Origin: Mobula hypostoma | Taxonomy: Eukaryota | Direction: 5' to 3' | Length of the DNA: 64,000 bases | Assembly: GCF_963921235.1 (NCBI RefSeq) | Contig: NC_086097.1 | Span: 142,354,001 to 142,418,000, forward strand | Shown: piece by piece, positions 13,497-24,315 of the stretch | Layout of the letters: each line of letters opens with the position of its first letter | Numbering within the stretch: position 1 is the stretch's first letter | Translations under genes and position numbers: made by a program | The notes under the pieces: generated by a model | What the model was told of the DNA's origin: nothing | Databases searched by the model: none | What the model saw: only the letters and a program-made list of their open reading frames with translations

Positions 13497-14175
13497 ACAA
13501 AGTTTCAAAGTACCTTTTTTTAAATTAAAGAACGTACAGTAAATAACCCTGAGATTCTTCCTCCCACAGGCAGCCACAAAACAAAAAACACCATGGAACC
13601 ATTTAAAGAAAACATCAAACACGCTACAAAACAAACTGCACATATGGCAAAAAGCGAGCAAATAACACACAGAACATTAAACATTGAACCACAACGTTCC
13701 TGAAATGGTTCAGGAGTCCTAGTGCAAGGTACCATACACTGTTTGGACAATATAAACGATATACTGGAAAGACAGGGTGTCAGGATTGGAATAGAGAACT
13801 GATTTCGCTTGCTCGCTCTCTGGCAATGTTCACTCTCCTCTCTCAATGGCGCTATGAAGACTGCCCTCAGCTGCAGTACTCCATGCCCACCAATATGATG
13901 GACTGATACTGAGGCTTGGGCCTATTCCAAGCTGCTCCAGGTTTGGATCCAAGAACTCATTTTGGTTTGGAATGTTGATGCTCAATTCTATCGTTTACAT
14001 GATTGTGTTTCTTCCTCCCCCCCGCCCCCTTCTCTGCTCATCGGGTGTTGGCCTCTATTTTATTTTTAATTGGGTACTTTTGGGTTTCTTGCTTTGTGGT
14101 TGCCTGTAAGCAAACAGATCTCAAGGTTATATAATATGTATTTTCTATGATAATAAATGTACTTTGAAATCTTTG
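13497..14175. mobile_element. Two LINE/SINE-like 3' ends in divergent orientation
   Basis: 13497-13720 (minus) and ~13745-14175 (plus) share the tttgtggctgcctgt..atctcagg..tactttgaa ending also seen at 37100-37200. Confidence 0.5.
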
Positions 14176-14219
14176 AGTGACAGCCACCAGGTCAGTTCAG
14201 TTTAGCACTGTGTCAATGA

Positions 14220-14810
14220 CTGTAGACCTCAGTTATACCCAACTCTTTATTGAATGTATTTAATAACTTGGTCTCAACTGCCTTCAGTTTTCCACTTTTG
14301 ATTGAAGATATTTCTCATCTCACTCCTAAAAAGGTTTACATCATATCCATACACTGTCTTCCCTATTTCTGGACTTCCCAATCAGACCATTGCCAGGAAT
14401 GAATCTGGAAAAAGTTCATTACATTCTCTCCATAGCAAGAAATTGTTCTTCAGAAAAAGAGACCAAAATTGCATATAATATTTAATGTATAGCCTCAACA
14501 ATGCACTGTTACAACTTCAGGAAGCAATGCCTGCTTCTGGACTCAATTCCATCTACTCTGAAGGCCAACAGTCCATTTACCATCTTAACCTCTTGAGGCA
14601 TGTGCATGCTTACTTTCATCAATTGGCATACAAAGACATCAAAGTCCTTTTGCACCCCTCCCCAATTCCTGATACATCCAAGTGGATAAACTCACTTATC
14701 CACATAGTACTGCATTCAACTTATCCAAATCACAAATGGAAGCTCCTTGTATCCTCCTCACAGCTCACCTTCCTCCAGCTTTTGTGTCATCTGCAACCCT
14801 GGAGATATTA
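14220..14810 (-). mobile_element. Degraded CR1 fragment
   Basis: Reverse-complement CR1 RT C-terminal phrases (FADDTK-like at 14780-14800). Confidence 0.5.
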
Positions 14811-15440
14811 CTGATTTAAGATGATGGGATTAAAATGTAATGTGTTATGAATGGATATGAACTATACATTTATCCAGTCTTCACAATCTATTTATATTAA
14901 GGCTCTTGCTTCTTCTTACACTGTACATTTAATGCACCCTTATGAAAAGAGGCCTGCATTACTGCTCAACCAAATGATACAAACCATTCATCAGACCCAG
15001 GTGCTATAGATAACCCCACAGACTAATCACAGCCTGCCCAGTCAACTCATCTAGGATTCATTCAACTGAAATCAGAAAATTACACAAGTTACCCAAAACT
15101 ATTACATCCATGTACATCTATTCACATTAGTTTCTAAAATTGCAGATATTCAACTTCTAAGATGAATGAAGAAACAGGTTCTCCACTCAAAGGGCAAATT
15201 CACACCTTCTAATACCCCATTTCCCAACAGATGAACACAGATTTTAGTTTAAGAGGCAAATCTGTTCAACTTGCAAACTAAAAACAAAACAGGAAACAAC
15301 TGTGGAATTAGACTAACGATATTTTCCACTGGATAAAACTAAAGTATACGAGAGATGATTATATACAAATGGAATTTTAACCTCTGCATTGTCATGATCC
15401 CTTAACTCACAGGCCATGATCTTTTAAAAAATTATTTTAC

Positions 15441-15506
15441 AATTAGAATTTTTTTCTCCTCGACATTTAATACAACCCATTAAATCTATGCACTCAGTTA
15501 GACAAT
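15441..15506 (-). CDS. Candidate exon of the leftward gene (DCLTECIDLMGCIKCRGEKNSN)
   Basis: Acceptor atcctttacag; 66 nt; phase 1-1, in frame with the 15855-15930 candidate. Confidence 0.3.
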
Positions 15507-15854
15507 CTGTAAAGGATGACATAATCCTTTGCTTCATGTATTGCCACACCCATTCTAACACAACTGCATTCCCACACCTCCAAAAGACACAACAGAATAA
15601 ACAATATAACACAATGGAATTAAAACTATTAACAAGTACCTCCAAGTACGAATACTATATATTAAGTATGTTTTTTAAAATTTTCATTACCCCAGACACT
15701 ATCAACATACATTCATTTGAATACAAATAAAATTAAAAATTAATGAAACTACATTTTGACAGGTTCACTCCATCACAACAGAACACGCCCTCATAATGCA
15801 ATGCCCCAGGCAATAAATTTTAAACTAGTAACAATTTTTAACTTGTTATTTTAC

Positions 15855-15930
15855 CTTTATGTAATACAAGTTTCTGTATTATTGTGCTAAGTCGCTCCTC
15901 AGAAGTTGAGTCCTCTATTCGTGTATTGGG
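15855..15930 (-). CDS. Candidate exon 2 of the leftward gene (PNTRIEDSTSEERLSTIIQKLVLHK); may be 5'UTR if the upstream AG (exon start 15945) is used
   Basis: Donor AAG|gtaaaa and two competing acceptors (ctttgtag and ccttttctgtttaag); adjacent to the CpG island. Confidence 0.38.
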
Positions 15931-15989
15931 CTACAAAGATCACTCCTTAAACAGAAAAGGGTAAAAACTGTTAAGTCAGTGCTGCAAAG

Positions 15990-16810
15990 TTAGTCAGCCT
16001 CATAGAAGTGGGCGGGGCTGGCACAACCTAACATGATAAACCGTCGCAGCACGCTCACGCGTTCATCCATCGCCTCCACGTCTGATAGGCATGCAATACA
16101 ACCAATCAAAACCAGAAACGGCGCCCGGCGCGAGTTTCCCATCCAATCGTCGTCAAAACGTTGCGCCAAAATGTTCGAGACAGGACTTCCGGTAACAAGT
16201 TGCGTTGACATGAAAGACGCCGCCCTGAATGTCTGATTAGGGAATTTTTCTTTTCCCCATCCCAACTCCCCCTGCTCTTCTTAAAGTAGCGGAATTTTTC
16301 TGTGTATTTTAGTATCGGTATTAGTATAAAAGCTAACTTACGTTTTCCCAGATTGGAAATTTTTCTACGGTAATTTTATATTTTTCATCCCACTAACTAA
16401 ATTTTTGCTTCCCAACTTCTGATTGATTAATGGCTTTCCAAGCTTGAAGTCAGACTGGCGACCGCTAAAAATCCTTGCCTCAACCTAATATGGTCGCGCA
16501 AGACGTGATTGCCACGGTCGCTGACCAATTGCCTGCTGCGTCAGGCTTTCATGCCTCCGTATTGTGATGCGGCATAGCCAATTGCCTCGAGAGGTTTGTG
16601 TCTGATCGGGGGGAGAGGCGGGATCAGTGCTGGAGCCCGTCGAACTGGTGCGCAACCCTCCGCCAGTAGTGTGCACGCAGTCTGCATTAGCGGGAAATCG
16701 GGCACGGTGGTTAACGTTTTCCCTCCCTTAAAAAAACGAAGAACATTTCTTTTCGGCGCCTCATCTCCACAGTTTCATTTTCGATTGTGCCTATTTTATT
16801 GAGCAGTAAG
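15990..16810. promoter_or_regulatory. CpG-island promoter, probably bidirectional
   Basis: The only CpG-dense non-repeat tract in the window. GC box 16010-16017; CCAAT at 16102, 16143, 16525 and 16578; E2F-type gcgccaaa 16163-16170 and gcgggaaa 16690-16697; ETS acttccggt 16185-16193; outward-facing splice donors at 16058 (-) and 16806 (+, GCA|gtaagc). Confidence 0.85.
16059..16070 (-). CDS. Candidate first coding exon end (MDER)
   Basis: Good Kozak context gaggcgATGG followed by donor CGC|gtgagc inside the CpG island. Confidence 0.35.
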
Positions 16811-16919
16811 CTAAACACGAGCCCAAATTCTACGTTTTTGTTATTAAATTTAAGTTAAAGCTGAGAAAGACAGTGGCGTCAGCAACAATAGTTCTGAAAC
16901 TACTGGTTTGCTAGAGGCA

Positions 16920-17880
16920 GTTATACGGCACAGAAATAAGCTCTCCGGCTCACCGTCTTCATACTAGGTACCTGTTTTTACGAATCTTATTTTCTAGTAC
17001 TTGGCCCATATCTTTCGACTTGATGACATTTCAAATACTCATGCAAATACTTCTTAATACTACCGATATAATACTTATTAACACTGAGGGGTCCTCAGGC
17101 ATAGCTTTCCAAGGTAGGAAGATTATTCCTCAAATCCCCTATTATCGTAAACTCACACCCTCTGGTTAAGGACATAACTGCTAAGCAGAAAAAAATACTC
17201 GTCAATCTTAATTAATATTATATCTCAATCGTGTATTCCCTCAACCATCTCATCTTCGAAGAAGACAAATCAATCCTGTCTGATTTCTCCTCGTTGCTTG
17301 AAATGCTTCATCGCAGGCAACATTCTAATCAGTCTCTCCTACACTCCCCATTCTAATCACATTGTCCTCACAATGAAACAATCAGAGCCGCACTCAATAT
17401 TCTGGCTACAGCCCAAATAATGTGTTTTTATTACTTGCACCACAACTTCTCTGCTTTATATTAAATTTCCCTGCTAATGAAGGCAAGTATCTCATATGCC
17501 TTCCTAAATTACCTCATCTATGAGTGGCTCATTTATTATACCTCTCAACCCCTTTCAACTGCCTTCTCCCTGTAACCTTTCACACCTTTTCTAATCAAGA
17601 ACCTATCAACCTCTTGCTTTAAATATCTAAGTGTATGTTGTCGCCTTATTAATCCTCCCAAATGTATTGGCTATTAATCTGTCCATTTTATCAGATCATC
17701 AACATGTTTCTGTAGACAAGGACTATTGTCATCAACATTACCAGTTTTTGTTATGTTCAAGCTTAATAATCATACCTGCTACAATCAAATTCCTCGTTAT
17801 TAATGTATATAACAAAAAGCAAGGTTCCCAGCACCAATCCCTGCCCCTCATAGGTCTCCAATTGTGAAAAGAACCCTTGA
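16920..17880 (-). mobile_element. Degraded CR1 fragments
   Basis: Reverse-complement CR1 3' region phrases; heavily decayed. Confidence 0.5.
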
Positions 17881-19268
17881 CCTTTTATTAACACACATAA
17901 AAGTTGCTGGTGAACGCAGCAGGCTAGGCAGCATCTAAAGGAAGAGGTACAGTCAACATTTCGGGCTGAGACCCTTTGTCAGGACTAACTGAAGGAAGAG
18001 CTAGTAAGAGATTTGAAAGTTGGAGGGGGAGGGATGGAGCCAAGAGCTGGACAGTTGATTGGCAAAAGGGATATGAGAGGATCATGGGACAGGAGGCCCA
18101 GGGAGAAAGAAAGGGGGAGGGGGGGAGCCCAGGAGATGGGCAAGGAGTATAGTGAGAGGGACAGAAGGAGAAAAAGAATATATATAATAATAAATAAATA
18201 ATGGATGGGGTACGAGGGGGAGGTGGGGCATTAACAGAAGTTAGAGAAGTCAATGTACATGCCATCAGGTTGGAGGCTACCCAGACAGAATATAAGGTGT
18301 TGTTCCTCCAACCTGAGTGTGGCTTCATCTTTACAGTAGAGGAGGCCATGGATAGACATATCAGAATGGGAATTAACATGTGCGGGCACTGGGAGATCCT
18401 GCTTTCTCTGGCAGACAGAGCATAGGTGTTTAGTGAAACAATCTCCTAGTCTGCGTCGGGTCTCGCCAATATCGAAGGCCACATCAGGAACACCAGAGGC
18501 AGTATATCACCCCAGCTGACTCACAGGTGAAGTGTCGCCTCACCTGGAAGGACTGTCTGGGGCCCTGAATGGTGGTGAGGGAGGAAGTGTAAGGGCGTGT
18601 GTAGCACTTGTTCTGCTTACAAGGATAAGTGCCAGGAGGGATGGGGGGGAATGAATGGACAAGGGAGTCGCGTAGGGAGCGATCCCTGCGGAAAGCAGAG
18701 GTGGGGGGGGAGAGAAAGATGTGCTTAGTGGTGGGATCCCGTTGGAGATGGCGGAAGTTATGGAGAATTATATATTCGACCCGGAGGCTGGTGGGGTGGT
18801 AGGTGAGGATAAGGGAAACCCTATTCCTAGTGGGATGGCAGGAGGATGGGGTGAGAGCAGATGTGCGTGAAATGGGAGAGATGCATTTGAGAGCAGAGTT
18901 GATGGAGGTTTCTTTAAAAAAGGAGGACATCTCCTTCGTCCTGGAACGAAAAGCCTCATCCTGAGAGCAGATGCGGCAGACCTTACAGTATTCACCAGCT
19001 TTATCCGCTCAGGGGATCTCTCAACCTTATAGTTCCCACACCCCGCACTTCCTGTTTCTACCTCCTACCCAAGATCCACAAACCTGTCTGTCCAGGTAGA
19101 CCTATTGTCTCAGCTTGCTCCTGCCCCACTGAACTCATTTCTGCATACCTCGACACTGTTTTATACCCCCTTGTTCAATCCCTTCCTACCTATGTTTGTG
19201 ACACTTCTCACGCTCTTAAACTTTTTGATGATTTTAAGTTCCCTGGCCCCCACCGCTTTATTTTCGCC

Positions 19269-20613
19269 ATGGATGTCCAGTCCCTATATACTTCTGTCCT
19301 CCACCAGGGAGGTCTCAAAGCTCTCCGCTTCTTTTTGGATTCCAGACCTAACCAGTTCCCCTCTACCACCACTCTGCTCCGTCTAGCGGAATTAGTCCTT
19401 ACTCTTAATAATTTCTCCTTTGGCTCCACCCACTTCCTCCAAAATAAAGGTGTAGCCATGGGCACCCGTATGGGTCCCAGCTATGCCAGCCTTTCTGTTG
19501 GCTTTGTGGAACAATCCATGTTCCAAACCTATACTGGTAGCAGTCCCCCACTTTTCCTTTGCTACATTGACGACTGCATTGGCGCTGCTTCCTGCACGCA
19601 TGCTGAGCTCGTTGACTCTATTAACTTTGCCTCCAATTTTCACCCTGCCCTCAAGATTACCTGGTCTATTTCCGACATCTCCCTCCCGTTTCTAGATCTT
19701 TCTGTCTCGATCTCTGGAGACAGCTTATCTACTGATGTCTACTATAAGCCTACTGACTCTCACAGCTATCTGGACTATTCCTCTTCTCACCCTGTCTCTT
19801 GCAAAAATGCCATCCCCTTTTCGCAATTCCTCTGTCTCTGCCGCATCTGCTCTCAGGATGAGGCTTGTCATTCCAGGACGAAGGAGATGTCCTCCTTTTT
19901 AAAAGAAAGGGGTTTCCCTTCCTCCACCATCGACTCTGCTCTCAAACGCATCTCTCCCATTTCATGCACATCTGCTCTCACCCCATCCTCCCACCACCCC
20001 ACTAGGAATAAGGTTCCCCTTGTCATCACCTATCACCCCACCAGCCTCCGGGTCCAACATATAAATTTCTGTAACTTCCACCACCTCCAACAGGATCCCA
20101 CCACTAAGCACATCTTTCCCTCTCCCCCCCCCCCCGGCTTTCCGCAGGGATTGCTCCCTACGCAACTCCCTTGTCCATTCATTCCCCCCCATCCCTCCCC
20201 ACCGATCTCCCTCCTGGCACTTATAAGCGGAACAAGTGCTACACACGCCCTTACACTTTCTCCCTCACTACCATTCAGGGCCCCAGACAGTCCTTCCAGG
20301 TGAGGTGATACTGCACCTGTGAGTCAGCTGGGGTGACCGGTGCTCCCGATGCAGCCTTCTTTATATTGGCAAGACCGGACGCAGACTGGGAGACCATTTC
20401 GCTGAACACCTACGCTCTGTCCACCAGAGAAAGCAGGATCTCCCAGTGCCCGCACATGTTAATTCCACGTCCCATTCCCATTCTGATATGACTATCCACG
20501 GCCTCCTCTACTGTTAAGATGAAGCCACACTCAGGTTGGAGGAACAACACCTTATATTCCGTCTGGGTAGCCCCCAACCTGATGGCATGAACATTGACTT
20601 CTCTAACTTCCAT
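19269..20613 (+). pseudogene. Penelope RT + GIY-YIG endonuclease, frameshifted
   Basis: MDVQSLYTS, GVAMGTRMGPSYA, YIDD, FLDL, YYKPTDSHSYL..SSHP; frameshift at the poly-C near 20125; LYIGKTGRRLGDHFAEHL downstream. Confidence 0.92.
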
Positions 20614-20918
20614 TAATGCCCCACCTCCCCCTCATACCCCACCCATTATTTATTTATTTATCTATCTATCTATTTATTTATTTATTTATTCTTTTTCTCC
20701 CTCTGTCCCTCTCACTATACTCCTTGCCCATCCTCTGGGCTTCCCTCCTCCCCCTTTCTTTCTCCCTGGGCCTCCTGTCCCATGATCCTCTCGTATCCCT
20801 TTTGTCAACCAACTGTCCAGCTCTTGGCTCCATCCCTCCCCTTCCTGTCTTCTCCTATCATTTTGGATCTCCCCCTCCCCCTCCCACTTTCAAATCTCTT
20901 ACTAGCTCTTCTTTCAGT

Positions 20919-20956
20919 TAGTCCTGACGAAGGGTCTAGGCCCGAAACGTCGACTG
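20919..20956 (+). ncRNA. Minimal type I hammerhead ribozyme motif in the Penelope pLTR
   Basis: Stem I AGTC/GACT; core CTGACGA (20924-20930) plus an extra A; stem II GGGTC-TA-GGCCC; GAAAC; GTC cleavage triplet (20949-20951); palindromic ACGT helix III. Confidence 0.85.
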
Positions 20957-21944
20957 TACCTCTTCCTCTAGATGCTGCCTGGCCTGCTGCATTCACCAGC
21001 AACTTTTATGTATGTTGCTTGAAATTCCAGCATCTGCAGATTTCCTCGTGTTTGACCTTTTAGTAAGTCACTTGCAGATCCTTTCAGTGAAAGCTTCAGC
21101 CAGCGCCAAAAAATAAGCCTTCAGTTTCGTAGGGTAGAAATTCACTGAGACATTGTACTGTATGAAAGACATTATGAGAATACTGACTGAATGGTGACCA
21201 TATATTGCTTTATTTTGGCATCGGTTCCTAGAAAAGCTGCTGAGTCACAAGTAAACAATGTCACTGCGAATTATATGTTCTTCAACACATACTAGCTTCA
21301 AATATTGTCCCAATTCTCATAGCACATCCCAACTATCCCAATACACCTCAAATGCATACCTGATATTTCATTACCACACGTAACTAAAAGGCCTGTGCAA
21401 CCTGTAGCATTGGTCTGTCACCAACTGGAATTGCACACTGTGTCCCATAGGTTTACCCCTTAAAGAGTGCAGTGCTGCATGCTAATGATGCCAGCAGGTC
21501 TTAAATTATTTAAATATAATTTTCAAATGTACTTCAACAATACAGTCACATAGCCACAATAATAGTATGTGCACTTTCTTTACATTCATAGTGTGTGTTG
21601 AATGTGCAACAATTAAAATATAGTTTGCTAAACATGTTTGCCTTGATGCATCCTCCGAACTGAATGGCATCACCTGGCTCCTTTGTTGTGCTCCATGAAA
21701 ATATATTCACTCCATTATTCTAGCAGCCAGCGGATGATGATGGAATGAGAAGTTCAACATAAATGAAAATTTTCAGATGAAATAGGAATAAAAAGGTGCA
21801 GTGGCAAATATTTTTAGCAACCTATATTTAATCAGTGTTGGCTTGATGCTGCAGCCATTAGCATAATTGCATCACAACTCCAGGAACTCATTTTCAATTC
21901 TGACCTCTGCTCTGAGAACTTACGCTAGATACTCCAGTTTCCTG

Positions 21945-22779
21945 TTTTACGTACCCCGTAACTGGGTTGCCAAACCAGCAGAAATGGACCACTTAGTTGG
22001 AGTCTGGGTTACTGGAACTAAGAAAGTTTTATTAAAGAAATAAGTAACACAGTACCCTAATAGTAAGGAGATAAATGCAACAGGTTAGCAATGATAAAAC
22101 ACACATGTACACAGAACTAGGATAATAGGATCAATCAAGCTCTATCGCAGTCTAGGGGTAAAATGATCAGTCTCAAGTGACGCAGAGTTCAGTTCGCAGT
22201 AATCGCTGTTGTGCCGTTGGGGGGGGAGAGAGAGAGAGAGAGAGAGAGCGAATGATGATATTCAAATCGGATTCAAACAGACCTTTGATATTCCTCGCAG
22301 TTAGCTTTCGGGCGAGCCCTTTGTAATGTCTTCTGAGGTCACCGACTGTGACCCCTCCATTCCAGATACGATCGTTCTTCTGCGGTGAACCCGGCACCCA
22401 GGCAAGGGCAGACACACACACCAGGTTCCTGTCGATCGTACCTTTCCACCCTGTGCATCTATGGTCGGTCCCACGACCAGACCTCCAAAACTCCCACCAA
22501 CTTGGGGGGGGGGGCACAACGCACTTCCAGGGTCTCGTTATCTCGTGGTGTCGTGGTGTGTCCCTTGCCTTAGCGAACCTGTTCCTTTTATCCCCCTGCT
22601 GGGGTATCGCCTGTCCATCAAACTTCAAACAGTTCAGGTTCAAAGCAACCAGTCTGACAATACGCGGAACTGTATCTCTTTTCATTAATCTCTCTCGTCC
22701 CTCATATTAGCATTTTGAATGTTTCCCCATTGTCTCTCTTATCGGCATCAATCTTCTGATAACTTGGTCCTTTGTCACA
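21945..22779 (-). repeat. 3' LTR
   Basis: Direct repeat of 26060-26907 with about 20 differences by eye; preceded on the minus strand by purine tract gaagggtagggg. Confidence 0.95.
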
Positions 22780-23019
22780 CCCCTACCCTTCAAAGGATTT
22801 TTACCGGGGTAAAAATTATAGGCATGAATACATTATTAGATACACCCAAATATACATGTTCATCAGCTGTTTGGCTAATACAGAGAACTTTAAGTTGTCA
22901 ACACCTTGACAGACAGTCAGCAATCACATGTTCCGTTCCTTTTATATGTGTTATTTTAATAATCCTCTAAGACCGGGCTCCAACTTAGCAAACTTCATAG
23001 TGGCCAAAAACACTAATGA

Positions 23020-24315
23020 GTTGTGATCAGTGTAACTTCTCAGTGGTTTTCGTCCTGGACAAAGATAACAAGGGTAATCCCACACCAACTTAGCATTCTT
23101 TGGCAAGGACTTAGTAAGAGGGTGGGTAATATCCGCAAAGTTTTTTTTTGCAAAACTTCCAATAGTACCCCATCATCTCCAAGAACCTTCTCAGGGCTGT
23201 CTTGTCTGTCGGGGTGGGGACTTCAGAGATAGCCCGCACCTTAGCTTGCATCGGAGTCAGCTGGCCCTGTCCTACCACAAATCCCATATAAGTGACCTTC
23301 ACGTGGCCGAATTCACTTTTTGCGAGGTTCACTGTCAGGCTGGCTTCAAACAGCCGTTTAAACAGTGCCACACTGTGCTCCTCCCACGTGTCATTTCAGA
23401 CCACTGCATCACCAATATACGCTTCTGCATTCTTTAGCCCTTTTGTCACTGAATTAATCATCCTATAGGGGTGTTGCTCACTCGGCTGTCCTGATGTGAT
23501 GACAACACCACGTCCCGGCTCTTTGCATCGCCTCGGGACATCCGGACATACGTGTGCGTGCCGTTTAATTAGCTCTCTTAGCGGGTCGCTTTGTTCGGGG
23601 ATTAAGGTAGAGACCTTATCAGCAAAGCTGGCCAAAACAATAGACTTCTCCCATCTGGTCGGCACCATACTTATCTTTTCGAAATGGGTTTTCCCCTTAT
23701 CAGGTGGCACACTAGCCTCATTAATTTTCGTGATAACGCCGACTAGGTCTGATCGCCTATCGTGGCAAGCTGTTAACATATCAATAGCCTCTAATTGTGT
23801 TAGCTCACGTCTACAATAGTCAATAGCATCCTTCCTCCTGTGTGGCCCGTAAAACTCTTTCATGATTCTACCAACTGTTTTCCTCCCCCCAAAATGTCCA
23901 CCGAGGGGTATCTTGTGGGCCAGGTTAAGAATCTCATCCCCATAAATTTTTGGCACCACCCCCATTCCTCATCTGTGGGCACAGTACTTGGTCTCCATTT
24001 CTTCCTTAGCACTCCCTCCTCCACACAATAGCCCACTGGCTCCCTTTTTAATTCTGCTTCAGAGAGAGCTGTCTCCGCCAAAACCATCAGCTTCTCATCT
24101 CGCTCCTGTGCCTGTATAAAGTCCTTGCTTGCTAATGCTGAGTCTCCCTCAACTCCCTCACTTCCTCCCATTTCACTACGCTCCTTCTTTTCACTTTCTA
24201 ACCCCTTCTGATACAAGGCTGGTAAAAACGTCTCAGCCAATTCTATATTTACTTTGGCAGCCTTTCTAGACATGCCCCGAGTCACTGCGCAAACGGGATA
24301 AACCTGTGAGTCCAT
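23020..24315 (-). pseudogene. Deleted pol: integrase HHCC zinc finger followed by partial RT
   Basis: LAHKIPLGGHFG..DYCR, then QHPYRM, AYIGDAVV (YIDD-like), LTVNLAKSEFG..VTYMGFVVG, ALRRFLEMMGYY. Confidence 0.85.

Larger units (their letters stand above)
17892..21051 (+). mobile_element. Neptune-type Penelope-like element, 5'-truncated, with a ~1.1-kb inverted copy of its 3' part on the left
   Basis: 17892-18980 is the reverse complement of ~19840-21012; RT and GIY-YIG remnants; TSD ttgaccttttattaa (17877-17891) / ttgaccttttagtaa (21052-21066). Confidence 0.95.

Noticed and set aside
15441..15480. Naming the leftward gene as a Src-family kinase (LYN/YES1) from MGCIKC
   Set aside because: Only five residues match, and no SH3, SH2 or kinase exons were seen in the remaining 15 kb.
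22173..22710. Overlapping 60-170 aa ORFs on both strands, repeated at 26309-26838
   Set aside because: They lie inside the GC-rich LTRs, differ by frameshifts between the two LTR copies and show no protein motifs.
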